DNA from: an uncultured euryarchaeote
Lineage (GTDB): Archaea; Thermoplasmatota; Poseidoniia; Poseidoniales; Poseidoniaceae
Direction: 5' to 3'
Length of the DNA stretch: 64,000 nt
NCBI GenBank assembly: GCA_964001175.1
Contig: CAXFAS010000003.1
Coordinates: 46,335-110,334, forward strand
Shown: piece after piece, positions 22,839 through 33,067 of the stretch
How the letters are laid out: each line of letters starts with the position of its first letter
Position numbering within the stretch: position 1 is the first letter of the stretch
Position numbers and translations under genes: made by a program
The notes under the pieces: generated by a model
The model's database searches: none
What the model was told of the DNA's origin: nothing
The model's input: the letters and a program-made list of their open reading frames with translations, nothing else

Positions 22839-25800
22839 TTAAATTCTTCTCCTCAAAGGTCTAATGTATCCACTTTCTTCGCTCCTACGTTCATCCTTGG
22901 ATAGAATCGCTGGTGCTGGTGGAGGGGTGTGTTGATCCATCCCTAGAAGTCCACCTTGAACTTCTACATGTTCAACATCAGCATACGTTTCAGCGGCTTG
23001 CTTTGCTTCATCTTCTACATCACTAGATTCTCTCATAACTAACCAACCAAGTATCAAAGCTACTGCGATTAAAGCAATAAAAGTCGCTAAACTAGAACCT
23101 GCTTCTTTAATCCAATTCATCCAGTCTTCAACCTCGAAATCTGAAAGAGATGGGGGGTCGTCTGGCTTGGGAGCAACATCTACCTCTTCGGTAGCATAAG
23201 CACACATACCTAAACCATCACAAGCAAGTAAGCCGATTTGATATTTACCCGAATTATTCCATGTAGTCTCAATTCTATAGAATAAGTCACTTGAAGGAAT
23301 AATATAATCATCTTCAGGATCTCCATTTCTATCTTCATCAAATTCTAAGTCTATATCCCATTTTACTATTAAACCTGGATCAATATATTCATCAATGTCA
23401 TACAATGAACCATCATCTATGTTTGTGTCGCGATAAATCAGAATTTGTTTTTCTAATTCTAAGTCTGTAATATTTGCTGATAAATAAGTGGATTCTTCCA
23501 TTATTATCTCTTCTGGAAGTGAAATATCAATGATATTTGGAGGATTATCTACCATTATAGTAAAAGATTGCCTACTAACATCCCCTGTTCCAAATGCATC
23601 TCTAACAGTTAGAGTGACAGTATATTCTCCAGGATTTTCATAAGAATGCCATGGCGATGGTTCGTGATTTAGAGGTGATGCATCTCCAAAATCCCAAGTA
23701 TAGTCAACTAGACCATTCCAACTATCTAGAGTAGAATCAAGTGGTGAAAACTTACCCTCGAACTTTCTATCACCATCTCTAGTTCCATCAGAATCAAAAT
23801 AAAGCATAAAATTAGGAGCCGTGAAAGTATTATCTTGGTCATCAAAAGTATGAGACCAAGCATCAGGAATGAAACCTTCGGGCATTGGAGTTGTATCTGT
23901 GACCTGTTGCCCTGAAACCCATGCATCCAAAATTTTAACTGAAATTATTGGTAAAGGATTGGATATTCTAATAGTTAGTGATTTTGAAATGCTTTGGTCG
24001 CCTTGTTCATCTATAACAAACAAACTAACAGAATGGACTCCAGGTTCAGTAAAGGTAAATGTTGTTTGAGGTTTATCTCCATATGTCCCATCACTGAATG
24101 TCCAATTGAAAATTAGATCACTTGAATCGCCCATTGTTCCGTCGATATCATATGAATTTCTTCCATCGAAAGTATAAGGAACATCTGTATCTCCATCTTC
24201 TACTCTAAAGTCGATTAGGTTGGTTCCGTCTTCCGTAGAGGTCTTAACAACGAACTCGGCGATCGGAATTTGATTCAGGACATTGATGAATAATTGAGTT
24301 GACGATTGGCTACCATCATCATCCGTTACGGTTAGTAAAGCTGTTTTCAGTCCAGGATTATCCCATGATGGGTTAGGATAAGCAAGTGTTGAACTTGTTT
24401 CAACAAAGTCATCATTCTTATCGGTTATTCCTCCACCTAAGTTAACCCCATCGGGGAAACTCCACTCATACTGAACAATGCTACCATCATCATCAGCAAA
24501 TACATCTGGCATTAAAACAGAGGTATAGGTATATGTTGTTAGATTATCAGAGTATATTTGATATGGCACTCTATTATTGACATAAACCAAAATATTCTTT
24601 TGTCCTGAATTGATTCCATCAAAAATTGTTAATGTAACATTAAATGTTATATTTTCGCCTGTAATATCTCCCCATTCATGCTGAACCAAGTAAAGACCAA
24701 TTCCAGAATCTATAGTGCCATCGCCCCAGTCCCATTGGAATAGTAAATTCTCAACAGGGACATTATCTGAAGACTTAGAGCCTGAAAATTGAATCAATTG
24801 ATCAGTAAATATACTAATTTCACTATCTATTACAATATTATTTACAGTAATAATCGGAACTGGAGATGAATCATCAGTCACATTTACTCTGTGAAGTTCA
24901 GGTTGGGACCAAACTCCTCCTTGATCCATAATCTTCAATGTGGCATTATAATCACCTATGCTTTGATAAGATCTAGTAGGGGATTTCAGAGATGATGTAG
25001 TCCCATCACCAAAGTCCCAAAGATAAGCAACTGGAGAGTCTCTGTAAGGTAGAGAATTATTGTCTAATGACAGACCCCATGCGTCAAAACCTCCTCCACT
25101 GAATTCAATATTCTCCCATGTCTGAGTTTGATTTGATGAAATACTACCATTAGCACTCGGCATCATGTTTGATAGAGTCAAGGGTGCTGTAGAAGTACTA
25201 TTAATCAAATTACCAATCATATCATACCATTCAAATCTCAAAGTATACTGGCCATCTAAATTAGATGTGAACCATACATTGCTATTTGTGTCTTGACCAC
25301 CACCGGCAGAAATTCTATTTGTTATGGAGTCTACAATTTGTCCTGAAGAATCGATTACACTAACTTCTACATCTAAATCTTCAAAGAAAGCATTGGAAAA
25401 TACATTGAAGTTTACACTGGAAGTATCGTCATTACCGTCACCATCTCTATCTGAGGTTTCAGTTGTGTTTATTGTCAGAGTTGCCGGAGAGGTGATTCTT
25501 GCGGCTTCGATATCAACCGTCCCTTGCGGATAAGATGTGCCACAAGAAGTATAATCACAATCAGCAACGGTACTAGCATACCAAGTGATAGCCCAAACTT
25601 CATCGGTTAAGTTACCAAAACCAGGTACTAATGAGGTTGCAACATTACTCTGGAAATTTAAATCAGATACAGACCACAATCCATCGATAGTTGATTTGGA
25701 TACAACTACTCCATCGAATTGACTTACATCAGAGGTTAATCTAATTGTCAAGGGAGCAGGAGATGAACCGCCAGGTGTGAATTTGAAAGCCCTAATCCCC

Positions 25801-27044
25801 CAACCTTCGACTGTATGGCCAGTAGAAGACCATGGAGAACTCCAGTCACTGTTTGTGTCTGCTGGCTGCACTCTACAAAATGATCCAGACGAACACGTAG
25901 GTGTTAAATCAAGATTTGAAAATCCATAAATCCCTTGATCAGAATCTAAAACTGCTGCTATTGAGAAATTTGCAAAAATTTGTCCCATTGTCCTGCCTAT
26001 TGAACCACTTTGTCCTGCTGGCGGAGATAGCGCTAATTTTTCGACTCCGACACCACCTGTTGCAGAATCTTGTACTAATTGTCTAACAGCAGCTCCACCG
26101 CCTAAATGATCGGCAAGATACATTGTAAATATGAATCCAGCTCCGTAATCAGCAAATCTTTGATTCCACCATCTAACAGATAATTCTGATGACTCAGTCC
26201 ATTGATTAAGGTGACTGACTAAGGTGGAGTCCGCTCCAAAGCAAAGATATATGGCAACATCAGCATTACCCTCATCAATCCATAAATTTTCATAAGGATC
26301 TTGTGCATTGTGAAGAAGATGTTCTAATTCATGGGCAATAATCGATTTACCCCATGATAATGTAATATCTGCAAAATCAATGAATACCGATTCTCTTGAA
26401 CTCGCAAATGAAGGAGAGAAATAACCTCCTGTGTTATACGGGCCATCAATATCGTAAATTATAATTTGAACTTGACAATTATTATCAATATCTGGAGGTG
26501 CAAGACCTCTACCATCTTGGTAATCCTTACCGTAATATGTGGTCATTGTAGGATAAATTGTACTATCCCAGGATGATGCAAGATTGTTTAATACAGTGGA
26601 TGAAAGAGTTCTTCCAGTTTGGACAACAAAGGCAACAGTACTGGTTGTTTTTGCGACATATGCGTTGATTGAACCTCCAGAAGTTGGAACTGAAAGTTCA
26701 TCACCTACTAGATGAGGATTACATACTCTGCCGCTGGACCTACCGCTAGTTACAGGTTCGTACACCATATCATCAACACCAGGCCTCCCTGCATCAATCC
26801 AAGCCTGCTTCATGAATCCATATGCTGAAACAACAGGCTCTGGTTCATCTATGAATAAGTACTGAGAGCCATTTTTTGGGTCAAAATCTTTCAAATCGCC
26901 TATTATGACTCCCCCAGCATTGTATGGAGTTCTATCATTTCCATCAGTGGCATCAGCGGTTGAGGATGGGATTAATGGAGACAAAACTGATACAAAGAAA
27001 AGTGCGATTAAAAATAAGGCTTTATTGGAACGATTTTCCGACAT
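22839..27044 (-). CDS. Large surface zinc metallopeptidase with multiple PKD domains
   Basis: Signal peptide, IAHELEH...WIDEG, repeated WDFGDG/WDWGDG/WTFSDG, C-terminal TM. Confidence 0.88.
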   Translation of the reverse strand: MSENRSNKALFLIALFFVSVLSPLIPSSTADATDGNDRTPYNAGGVIIGDLKDFDPKNGSQYLFIDEPEPVVSAYGFMKQAWIDAGRPGVDDMVYEPVTSGRSSGRVCNPHLVGDELSVPTSGGSINAYVAKTTSTVAFVVQTGRTLSSTVLNNLASSWDSTIYPTMTTYYGKDYQDGRGLAPPDIDNNCQVQIIIYDIDGPYNTGGYFSPSFASSRESVFIDFADITLSWGKSIIAHELEHLLHNAQDPYENLWIDEGNADVAIYLCFGADSTLVSHLNQWTESSELSVRWWNQRFADYGAGFIFTMYLADHLGGGAAVRQLVQDSATGGVGVEKLALSPPAGQSGSIGRTMGQIFANFSIAAVLDSDQGIYGFSNLDLTPTCSSGSFCRVQPADTNSDWSSPWSSTGHTVEGWGIRAFKFTPGGSSPAPLTIRLTSDVSQFDGVVVSKSTIDGLWSVSDLNFQSNVATSLVPGFGNLTDEVWAITWYASTVADCDYTSCGTSYPQGTVDIEAARITSPATLTINTTETSDRDGDGNDDTSSVNFNVFSNAFFEDLDVEVSVIDSSGQIVDSITNRISAGGGQDTNSNVWFTSNLDGQYTLRFEWYDMIGNLINSTSTAPLTLSNMMPSANGSISSNQTQTWENIEFSGGGFDAWGLSLDNNSLPYRDSPVAYLWDFGDGTTSSLKSPTRSYQSIGDYNATLKIMDQGGVWSQPELHRVNVTDDSSPVPIITVNNIVIDSEISIFTDQLIQFSGSKSSDNVPVENLLFQWDWGDGTIDSGIGLYLVQHEWGDITGENITFNVTLTIFDGINSGQKNILVYVNNRVPYQIYSDNLTTYTYTSVLMPDVFADDDGSIVQYEWSFPDGVNLGGGITDKNDDFVETSSTLAYPNPSWDNPGLKTALLTVTDDDGSQSSTQLFINVLNQIPIAEFVVKTSTEDGTNLIDFRVEDGDTDVPYTFDGRNSYDIDGTMGDSSDLIFNWTFSDGTYGDKPQTTFTFTEPGVHSVSLFVIDEQGDQSISKSLTIRISNPLPIISVKILDAWVSGQQVTDTTPMPEGFIPDAWSHTFDDQDNTFTAPNFMLYFDSDGTRDGDRKFEGKFSPLDSTLDSWNGLVDYTWDFGDASPLNHEPSPWHSYENPGEYTVTLTVRDAFGTGDVSRQSFTIMVDNPPNIIDISLPEEIIMEESTYLSANITDLELEKQILIYRDTNIDDGSLYDIDEYIDPGLIVKWDIDLEFDEDRNGDPEDDYIIPSSDLFYRIETTWNNSGKYQIGLLACDGLGMCAYATEEVDVAPKPDDPPSLSDFEVEDWMNWIKEAGSSLATFIALIAVALILGWLVMRESSDVEDEAKQAAETYADVEHVEVQGGLLGMDQHTPPPAPAILSKDERRSEESGYIRPLRRRI

Positions 27045-27132
27045 AATAAACTACCCAAATAATTGCGATACTGCTATCTAATTGAGCGAGTCGAAAAGAG
27101 GTATTTAAGGGTCAGTCTAATAGGAGTCATTA

Positions 27133-28332
27133 ATGCTCATCGGTTTAAAGGTTATTTCATCACAAAATAATCGACTTTTTATATTTCTAATAATCGGCAT
27201 ACTACTAACTAATAGCTCGATGGTTTTAGCTTCAGAAAATGATCAAGAAATAAGTTATATTGAAACAGAACCATGTGAATATTACGGAAATTTTACATTT
27301 AATTCTACGGCTGCCAATCAATCTGTACACTGGCAAGTAGATTTGGGGCCTAGATTACCGGGCTCAAATGCCTCTTTTACCCTTAGAGAATCAATCAAAG
27401 AAAACTTAACTGGATGGACTTTTGAGGAAGAAACACATTACAGAGAAAATTTCAATCTGACAAACTTGATTGCAACATACAAGCCTGCTAATTCCTCTTC
27501 TCAAGAAATTTATTTTGTCGCTCATTATGATTCACGCGACCGTGCAGAAAGAGATGATAATGAGAGCCTTAGAAATACTCCAATCGATGGTGCAAATGAT
27601 GGCGCAAGTGCTACTGCTGTTCTTATTGAGATGGGAAAAATTATTCCTCAAATGAGCCTAAATCATTCTGTAAAGTTATTTTTTACTGACGCTGAGGACC
27701 AAGGAGAGAGGCCAGGAATATATGGCTCCAAAGCATGGGCCGAAAATCGAACTGATGATGAACTTAGTAATATTTCAGCCTTCATTGTCATTGATATGAT
27801 TGGAGACGCTGATTTACATTTCACTCATGTTTGGCCGGGAACTTCTGAACTTTGGCTGACAATTCAACCATTGGCAGAAGCACTAGGTTTAGTTGAAGGG
27901 GAAAATGACTGTTTGGGGAATCCTGGTGAAGATATATTTGATATTGAAACATCATACGGCGTTATTGATGATCATGTTGCGGCATATGAACGTGGAGTTC
28001 CAGCAATAGATATTATCGATATTCACTCTGGCGAAGGGGCTGAAAAATGGGGAGGTTATTGGCATACCCATAACGATACAATAGACAAAGTTAGTGCTGA
28101 ATCATTAGGACGAATAGGACAATTACTGGAATTAGGATTACTAAGTGAATCATGGATTTTAGATTCCACTCATAGTATTGATAATCAGGCATTAGAAGAT
28201 CAAGAAAATTCAGATAATAGTGAAACAAATAGTATTGAGAATAGTTTTACATTAGGGATTATCTCACTTTCAATTACATTCGGACTCTTTCTGGTAATTT
28301 TTATCCTAGATTATAGGATAAAAAAGATATAA
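27133..28332 (+). CDS. M28-family peptidase / glutaminyl cyclase-like, membrane anchored
   Basis: AHYDS, GANDGAS, DAED, DMIG, DDH, WHTHND. Confidence 0.88.
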   Translation: MLIGLKVISSQNNRLFIFLIIGILLTNSSMVLASENDQEISYIETEPCEYYGNFTFNSTAANQSVHWQVDLGPRLPGSNASFTLRESIKENLTGWTFEEETHYRENFNLTNLIATYKPANSSSQEIYFVAHYDSRDRAERDDNESLRNTPIDGANDGASATAVLIEMGKIIPQMSLNHSVKLFFTDAEDQGERPGIYGSKAWAENRTDDELSNISAFIVIDMIGDADLHFTHVWPGTSELWLTIQPLAEALGLVEGENDCLGNPGEDIFDIETSYGVIDDHVAAYERGVPAIDIIDIHSGEGAEKWGGYWHTHNDTIDKVSAESLGRIGQLLELGLLSESWILDSTHSIDNQALEDQENSDNSETNSIENSFTLGIISLSITFGLFLVIFILDYRIKKI

Positions 28333-28386
28333 TGTTGCGCGGACTAATAGGGGAAGGGGTATTATCCGCGCACCTTTACAGATACA

Positions 28387-29262
28387 TTGAGCGGAGGGTT
28401 AAACTTGACAGAAAGTGACTTTGAAGAACGCCGAAAGGCGCTCAAGGAACGTGTCAAGAAACAACTCGAAAAATCCTCTAGTGATGCTGTAGAAGAAGAA
28501 ATTGTAGTTCAAGAGACATCTGTCGATACAGCGGTCAATTCATCGGAAAAAAGAAATCTTGAAAGACTTTTACAATTAGAGGTAGATGATAAATCAAGAA
28601 TTAGAAAACTCGCTTCAATATTAATTTTAGTAGGTAGTATTTTAGGAATTTTTAGTGGAGGTATTATCCTACAAGGCAATCCTTCTGAATTACTCAATTC
28701 ATCAATTTTTGATCAAACTCAAAGTGTTGATATAACCGGTCAAACACTAGATTTAGAAGGTCATGGAATTTACAATGTCAGTATTGTTTTATTGGATTAT
28801 GATAGTTCTGAAACTATTCAATCCACTCTAACTAATGATAATGGCTATTTCCAACTTAAAAATGTAAAAGCAGATCGAATGATTCTAAGAGTTTCCTTGG
28901 ATGGTTACGATACTATAGAGCGGACATTTGATGCTGTTGATGGATTTATGCAACCATTTACTATGAAAAACGGGAGTGGTTTAGTATCTGAGGATTTCAT
29001 ATCTGAGGAATCTGGATGGTCTCTTGAAGCTGCTGTTGGGTTGTCAACATTTATTGGAATAATGACTATTTTGACCGGTTTTGTTGGGATACAAGCATCG
29101 ATTGAAACCAAAAGAGCCAAGAGGTATAGAAGAACTCAATATATGGCTGGTGTAAGTCTGTTTAGTCGAGGGTTAATCATATTTGGACCCATACTAATTT
29201 TAGCAGGAATGGGGCTATTAGTTCTAACAAAAGAGCAGTTTGAAGATGTTGAAGAGGTGTGA
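28387..29262 (+). CDS. Membrane protein with carboxypeptidase-regulatory-like domain
   Basis: TM, TLTNDNGYFQL...LRVSLDGY, C-terminal TMs. Confidence 0.7.
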   Translation: MSGGLNLTESDFEERRKALKERVKKQLEKSSSDAVEEEIVVQETSVDTAVNSSEKRNLERLLQLEVDDKSRIRKLASILILVGSILGIFSGGIILQGNPSELLNSSIFDQTQSVDITGQTLDLEGHGIYNVSIVLLDYDSSETIQSTLTNDNGYFQLKNVKADRMILRVSLDGYDTIERTFDAVDGFMQPFTMKNGSGLVSEDFISEESGWSLEAAVGLSTFIGIMTILTGFVGIQASIETKRAKRYRRTQYMAGVSLFSRGLIIFGPILILAGMGLLVLTKEQFEDVEEV

Positions 29263-30620
29263 TCATGTACCTCATATCTATTGAAGGGGGAGATGGTTCA
29301 GGTAAAGGAGAGGCTGCTAGAATAATCTTAGAATTAGTAAATGATTATCCATTTCCACAAGTATACTCCACACATGAACCTAGAAGGCACAGTGAACTTG
29401 GTAAATTAGCCCTTGACTCTGTTAAAACGGGCGATAAAACCCCTCTCCAAGAGGCTGGTTTATTCGCTGCCGATAGATTAGATCACTCGCATACATGGAT
29501 AAAACCACTTCTTGAAAAGGGAAATATTGTGATATCAGACCGTAACATACATTCATCTTTAATTTACCAAGGAATAGTTGGAGAATTAGGTCTTGAACAA
29601 GTTTGTAAAATGAATGCTGCAGCAATGATTCCCGACTTGGTTATTTGGATTGATTGTGACCCTGAAAAAGCGATTAAAAGAATCCAATCTGGCACCCTTA
29701 GAATGACAAGTCAAAAACAAGAATACTTTGAAACAACCGATATACAAAAGAAAATCCGTAAAGGCTTCAATGACTTACTTTCAGGCAAAATTAAGGTCCC
29801 TGAGCCTTTCGACAAATGTTGTGTTGTTGGACCCATATTAAATGAAGGTGGACTAGATGAATTGAGAAGAAAATTGAGAGATGAATTGCGTTCTTTTTTC
29901 AATAGAAAACCAGCACCTTTAAATGTCGATTCAGACCAAGTAGACAGATACTTACTTAGTAGCCTAGTCAGAGATGTAAAGAAACAAACTCGACTACCTG
30001 GCGCCCCGGAAATGAAAACTGCAATTCATATTGGGTGGTTATCGGGAAAAAGTCCTAGTGAATGGATGAAACTTGGAGAGGATTTGTGGCCTAAAGATAG
30101 TGCAAAGGAATTTGATGTCCCTGCTACTTCCTATTCTCAATCATGCTGGTCTATACTAGGTACTCTTTCTCTAATTGTTGGTTCTACTGAAGTCCCGAGA
30201 TTACACAAGTCTCTTGGGCCTCACAGAATGGTAACTCAAAGACATACTCAACGTTTAGTAAAGTGGCTTGAACACGAAAGATGGATCCACAAGCAACAAT
30301 CTCATGTTCCATTTTCCGAAGCCAAGGTTTTCAAGTTAAGAGATGAAAAATTAGGTTATGGAAGATTAGCATTGGCAATGTGGCCTCTAAGGCCATCTCT
30401 TGCATCTTGGAGAAGAAGTAACCCTAATTCTAACTGGGAAGATTCTCTTCCTGAAATTCTGATGCATGGTACTGAAAAAACTCCACCATTATCGATACGT
30501 AAATCGGTAGATAAAATTCTAAAACGTTTAGAAATGTTGACAAGTGGTCATGAAAATTGTCCTACACCAAAAAATTCTGATGAATTGGTAATTTGGTGGA
30601 AAACAAAGCCTCCTAGCTAA
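29259..30620 (+). CDS. tmk: Thymidylate kinase with long C-terminal extension
   Basis: ISIEGGDGSGKG, HEP, FAADRLDH, ISDRNIHSSLIYQG, PDLVIWID. Confidence 0.85.
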   Translation: MIMYLISIEGGDGSGKGEAARIILELVNDYPFPQVYSTHEPRRHSELGKLALDSVKTGDKTPLQEAGLFAADRLDHSHTWIKPLLEKGNIVISDRNIHSSLIYQGIVGELGLEQVCKMNAAAMIPDLVIWIDCDPEKAIKRIQSGTLRMTSQKQEYFETTDIQKKIRKGFNDLLSGKIKVPEPFDKCCVVGPILNEGGLDELRRKLRDELRSFFNRKPAPLNVDSDQVDRYLLSSLVRDVKKQTRLPGAPEMKTAIHIGWLSGKSPSEWMKLGEDLWPKDSAKEFDVPATSYSQSCWSILGTLSLIVGSTEVPRLHKSLGPHRMVTQRHTQRLVKWLEHERWIHKQQSHVPFSEAKVFKLRDEKLGYGRLALAMWPLRPSLASWRRSNPNSNWEDSLPEILMHGTEKTPPLSIRKSVDKILKRLEMLTSGHENCPTPKNSDELVIWWKTKPPS

Positions 30621-31343
30621 TTACTCCTCTTCATTTACTAACTCAAATCTAAGTCCGCTTGGCAATTGAACTTCACCAGCTGATTTGAAAAATTTAGGTC
30701 TTGCAGAGTACGTTGCTGCAATTAGAATTCCAAAACCAATACCGAAAGCAACTCCAGTAATTGGTCGCATAAGATTATTTGACTCATAAGAAGTCAGTAA
30801 TTGGGTAAAGCCATCGATGATTAAAGGAAGGCAGAATAATGTTCCAATTAGAAGCCATGCATAGGTTCTGAAATTCTTTCTATATATCTTAGATAACCAA
30901 TGATCTGGAAAAATAGACAGACAAGTATCCTTTATAGTCCAACGGTTATATCCCCTTCTAGAAAATACAAATCCACCGATTGCAATCCCAAGGAACATAC
31001 CGATATCACGAGTACATACAGGCATTTGATTACCGTTTATTTCCCATGAACGTTCTGCTTTATTGTGGCAATTGAAGTCGCCAAAAGCATATATGAAGCC
31101 AGTAAAAAGATCAAGTTCAGACCAAGCAAATTTCTCCTCTTTACCATCATTTCCTGAAGAATACAATCCATCCTCAGTCATGTAGTCTAAAGCATTAGCT
31201 CTAGCATCTAAATCAGGAACAAAATCAGTAGGTAGAGCCATTGGGGAAAAGAAAAATGATACGAAGAAAAAGCCAAATATCCCAAAAATCCACATCCCGA
31301 CCTTTATCTCTCGGGTTCTCTCTTGTAGACCGTTCTTCTGCAC
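30621..31343 (-). CDS. DUF2085-type membrane protein
   Basis: CHNKAERSW...QMPVCTRDIG, PLIIDGFTQ, YESNN. Confidence 0.85.
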   Translation of the reverse strand: MQKNGLQERTREIKVGMWIFGIFGFFFVSFFFSPMALPTDFVPDLDARANALDYMTEDGLYSSGNDGKEEKFAWSELDLFTGFIYAFGDFNCHNKAERSWEINGNQMPVCTRDIGMFLGIAIGGFVFSRRGYNRWTIKDTCLSIFPDHWLSKIYRKNFRTYAWLLIGTLFCLPLIIDGFTQLLTSYESNNLMRPITGVAFGIGFGILIAATYSARPKFFKSAGEVQLPSGLRFELVNEEE

Positions 31344-31420
31344 GTTTGTTACTAAAAAAACATAGACTTAATCATTTTGTCAATAAAAGTCTTGATGAAT
31401 AATGGTGAATTGGTCGGCAT

Positions 31421-32056
31421 GTGTCAGAACAGGAAGGTGAGCCAGTCGGATTATGGATGGGCTTACAAGCCGGTGCCTTGATTGGATTATATCTTGGCTT
31501 CTCTTTAGCAACTATATCGGTTTTGACTGACGCTGAAGAAATCAATCGTACACTGTACTTGATGTGCACTCCTCCTTTTATTGTTTCAATTATCCTAGGA
31601 CCTTTCTTATCTAAAAGAAGGAAACCCGTTAAATTGAGCATGAAACCTCTTGAAAGAGCTAGAGAACTTCTTGAAGACTTCAATGAAGGTCAAGGAAATT
31701 GGAGAGTATTAAGTCACGTTACAAGTGATGGAATGAATATTAGAATCGACATGCATAATCTAAAAAATATTGAGGGTGTAGTTGATGCAGCACTAAAAAT
31801 AGCGGACCAAACCACTGTCAAATTAATTGTTGGAAAGGGCACATCAAAGAGTTCTTCACCTGAATTAAGAGACCGAGTTCTAACTAGAGTCGAATCTAAA
31901 GTTAGCGTTCTAAGAAGAACTAGAAAAGCAAAATCAATTGAAGTAAATCCCGATACAAGTCAAGAATATGATACATATCAAAATAAATTGAACAAAGTCC
32001 TCTTCATCTTACTACCAATTGTTACATTTTTGGCTTGGTTGGAGATGAGAAATTGA
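31421..32056 (+). CDS. Membrane protein with Smr-like domain
   Basis: Two N-terminal TMs, IRIDMHNL...LIVGKG...LRDRV, C-terminal TM. Confidence 0.6.
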   Translation: MSEQEGEPVGLWMGLQAGALIGLYLGFSLATISVLTDAEEINRTLYLMCTPPFIVSIILGPFLSKRRKPVKLSMKPLERARELLEDFNEGQGNWRVLSHVTSDGMNIRIDMHNLKNIEGVVDAALKIADQTTVKLIVGKGTSKSSSPELRDRVLTRVESKVSVLRRTRKAKSIEVNPDTSQEYDTYQNKLNKVLFILLPIVTFLAWLEMRN

Positions 32057-32105
32057 TAAAGCATATTTCAACATATATTATGACCTAAGAAGTCAAGCGC
32101 CTAAT

Positions 32106-33026
32106 ATGCGCGAGGTCTCCCTGTTTTGGAAGAGGGCTAGGCTTAGAGATCTAGATATCGCCGAAATTCTTGATATTTTCAAGCATTTGGAGTTTTTATC
32201 TTATGTTAAACGTGTTCCAAAGGATGTTCGAATAATTGTCAAGGCTAATTTCTATGAAGGTAAAACCGTTGATGATATTAGTAAATTATACTTCTTAGAA
32301 CTTCTAGAAGTTATTCTTGAACCAATAGGACCTAATGATAGTTTTATTCTTTTAGTTAGACTGAATCATTCATTGTCAAACATTAACGCAAGAACTAATG
32401 GTACAAGTGCAGTTCCCGGTTGCAGATTAGATGGTGAAGGATTAACATACATCATTCAAGGGCCTCCAATGAAACTAAGAATTGTCACCACATTAGCTAG
32501 GATTTTATCAAAGCCTGATAGAACCAGTGCTAGAAGTTTAGATTTCAAACTTACTTCAAATAATTCTATTTTAAGCCCTAAACAAATTAAACTGGCTAAA
32601 TTCGCCTATGACAGAGGTTTCTTTGATGTCCCTAAAAGAATTAGAGTTAGTGATTTGGCAGAACAAGTTGGATTAGCAAGAGCGACTATTTCTGAACATT
32701 TGGCCCGTATTGAGGCAATTATTATGGATGATATGTTTTCATCTTTTGATGAACCATATGTCGACCCTGAAACAATAAGGTTGATGTTAGATACAATAGA
32801 ATTAGATGCGCAAGAAGCAAATATTGACCAAAAGAAAGGGATGAAGAGAATGCTTGAAAATATTAGAGACAACATCAAAAATGAAATTGCACCAAATATT
32901 CTTCATGACGACAAAGAAATCCCTTCATCTATGGATGAGTTGGTAGAATACGGTATGCAAGAACATAAAGAAAATATCAGTCAAATTGATCAGATAATGG
33001 TTGAAAAATTCTCATCTTTAGATTGA
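32106..33026 (+). CDS. HTH-10 (bacterio-opsin activator-like) transcription regulator
   Basis: LSPKQ...AYDRGFFDVPKRIRVSDLAEQVGLARATISEHL. Confidence 0.88.
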   Translation: MREVSLFWKRARLRDLDIAEILDIFKHLEFLSYVKRVPKDVRIIVKANFYEGKTVDDISKLYFLELLEVILEPIGPNDSFILLVRLNHSLSNINARTNGTSAVPGCRLDGEGLTYIIQGPPMKLRIVTTLARILSKPDRTSARSLDFKLTSNNSILSPKQIKLAKFAYDRGFFDVPKRIRVSDLAEQVGLARATISEHLARIEAIIMDDMFSSFDEPYVDPETIRLMLDTIELDAQEANIDQKKGMKRMLENIRDNIKNEIAPNILHDDKEIPSSMDELVEYGMQEHKENISQIDQIMVEKFSSLD

Positions 33027-33067
33027 TTTGTAGGATTATTTAGAAAGCACCTAGTGTTACCCCTAAC

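Noticed and set aside
30618..30623. Abutting convergent stop codons (TAATTA; also at 51488 and similarly at 12071)
   Set aside because: Explained by genome compaction
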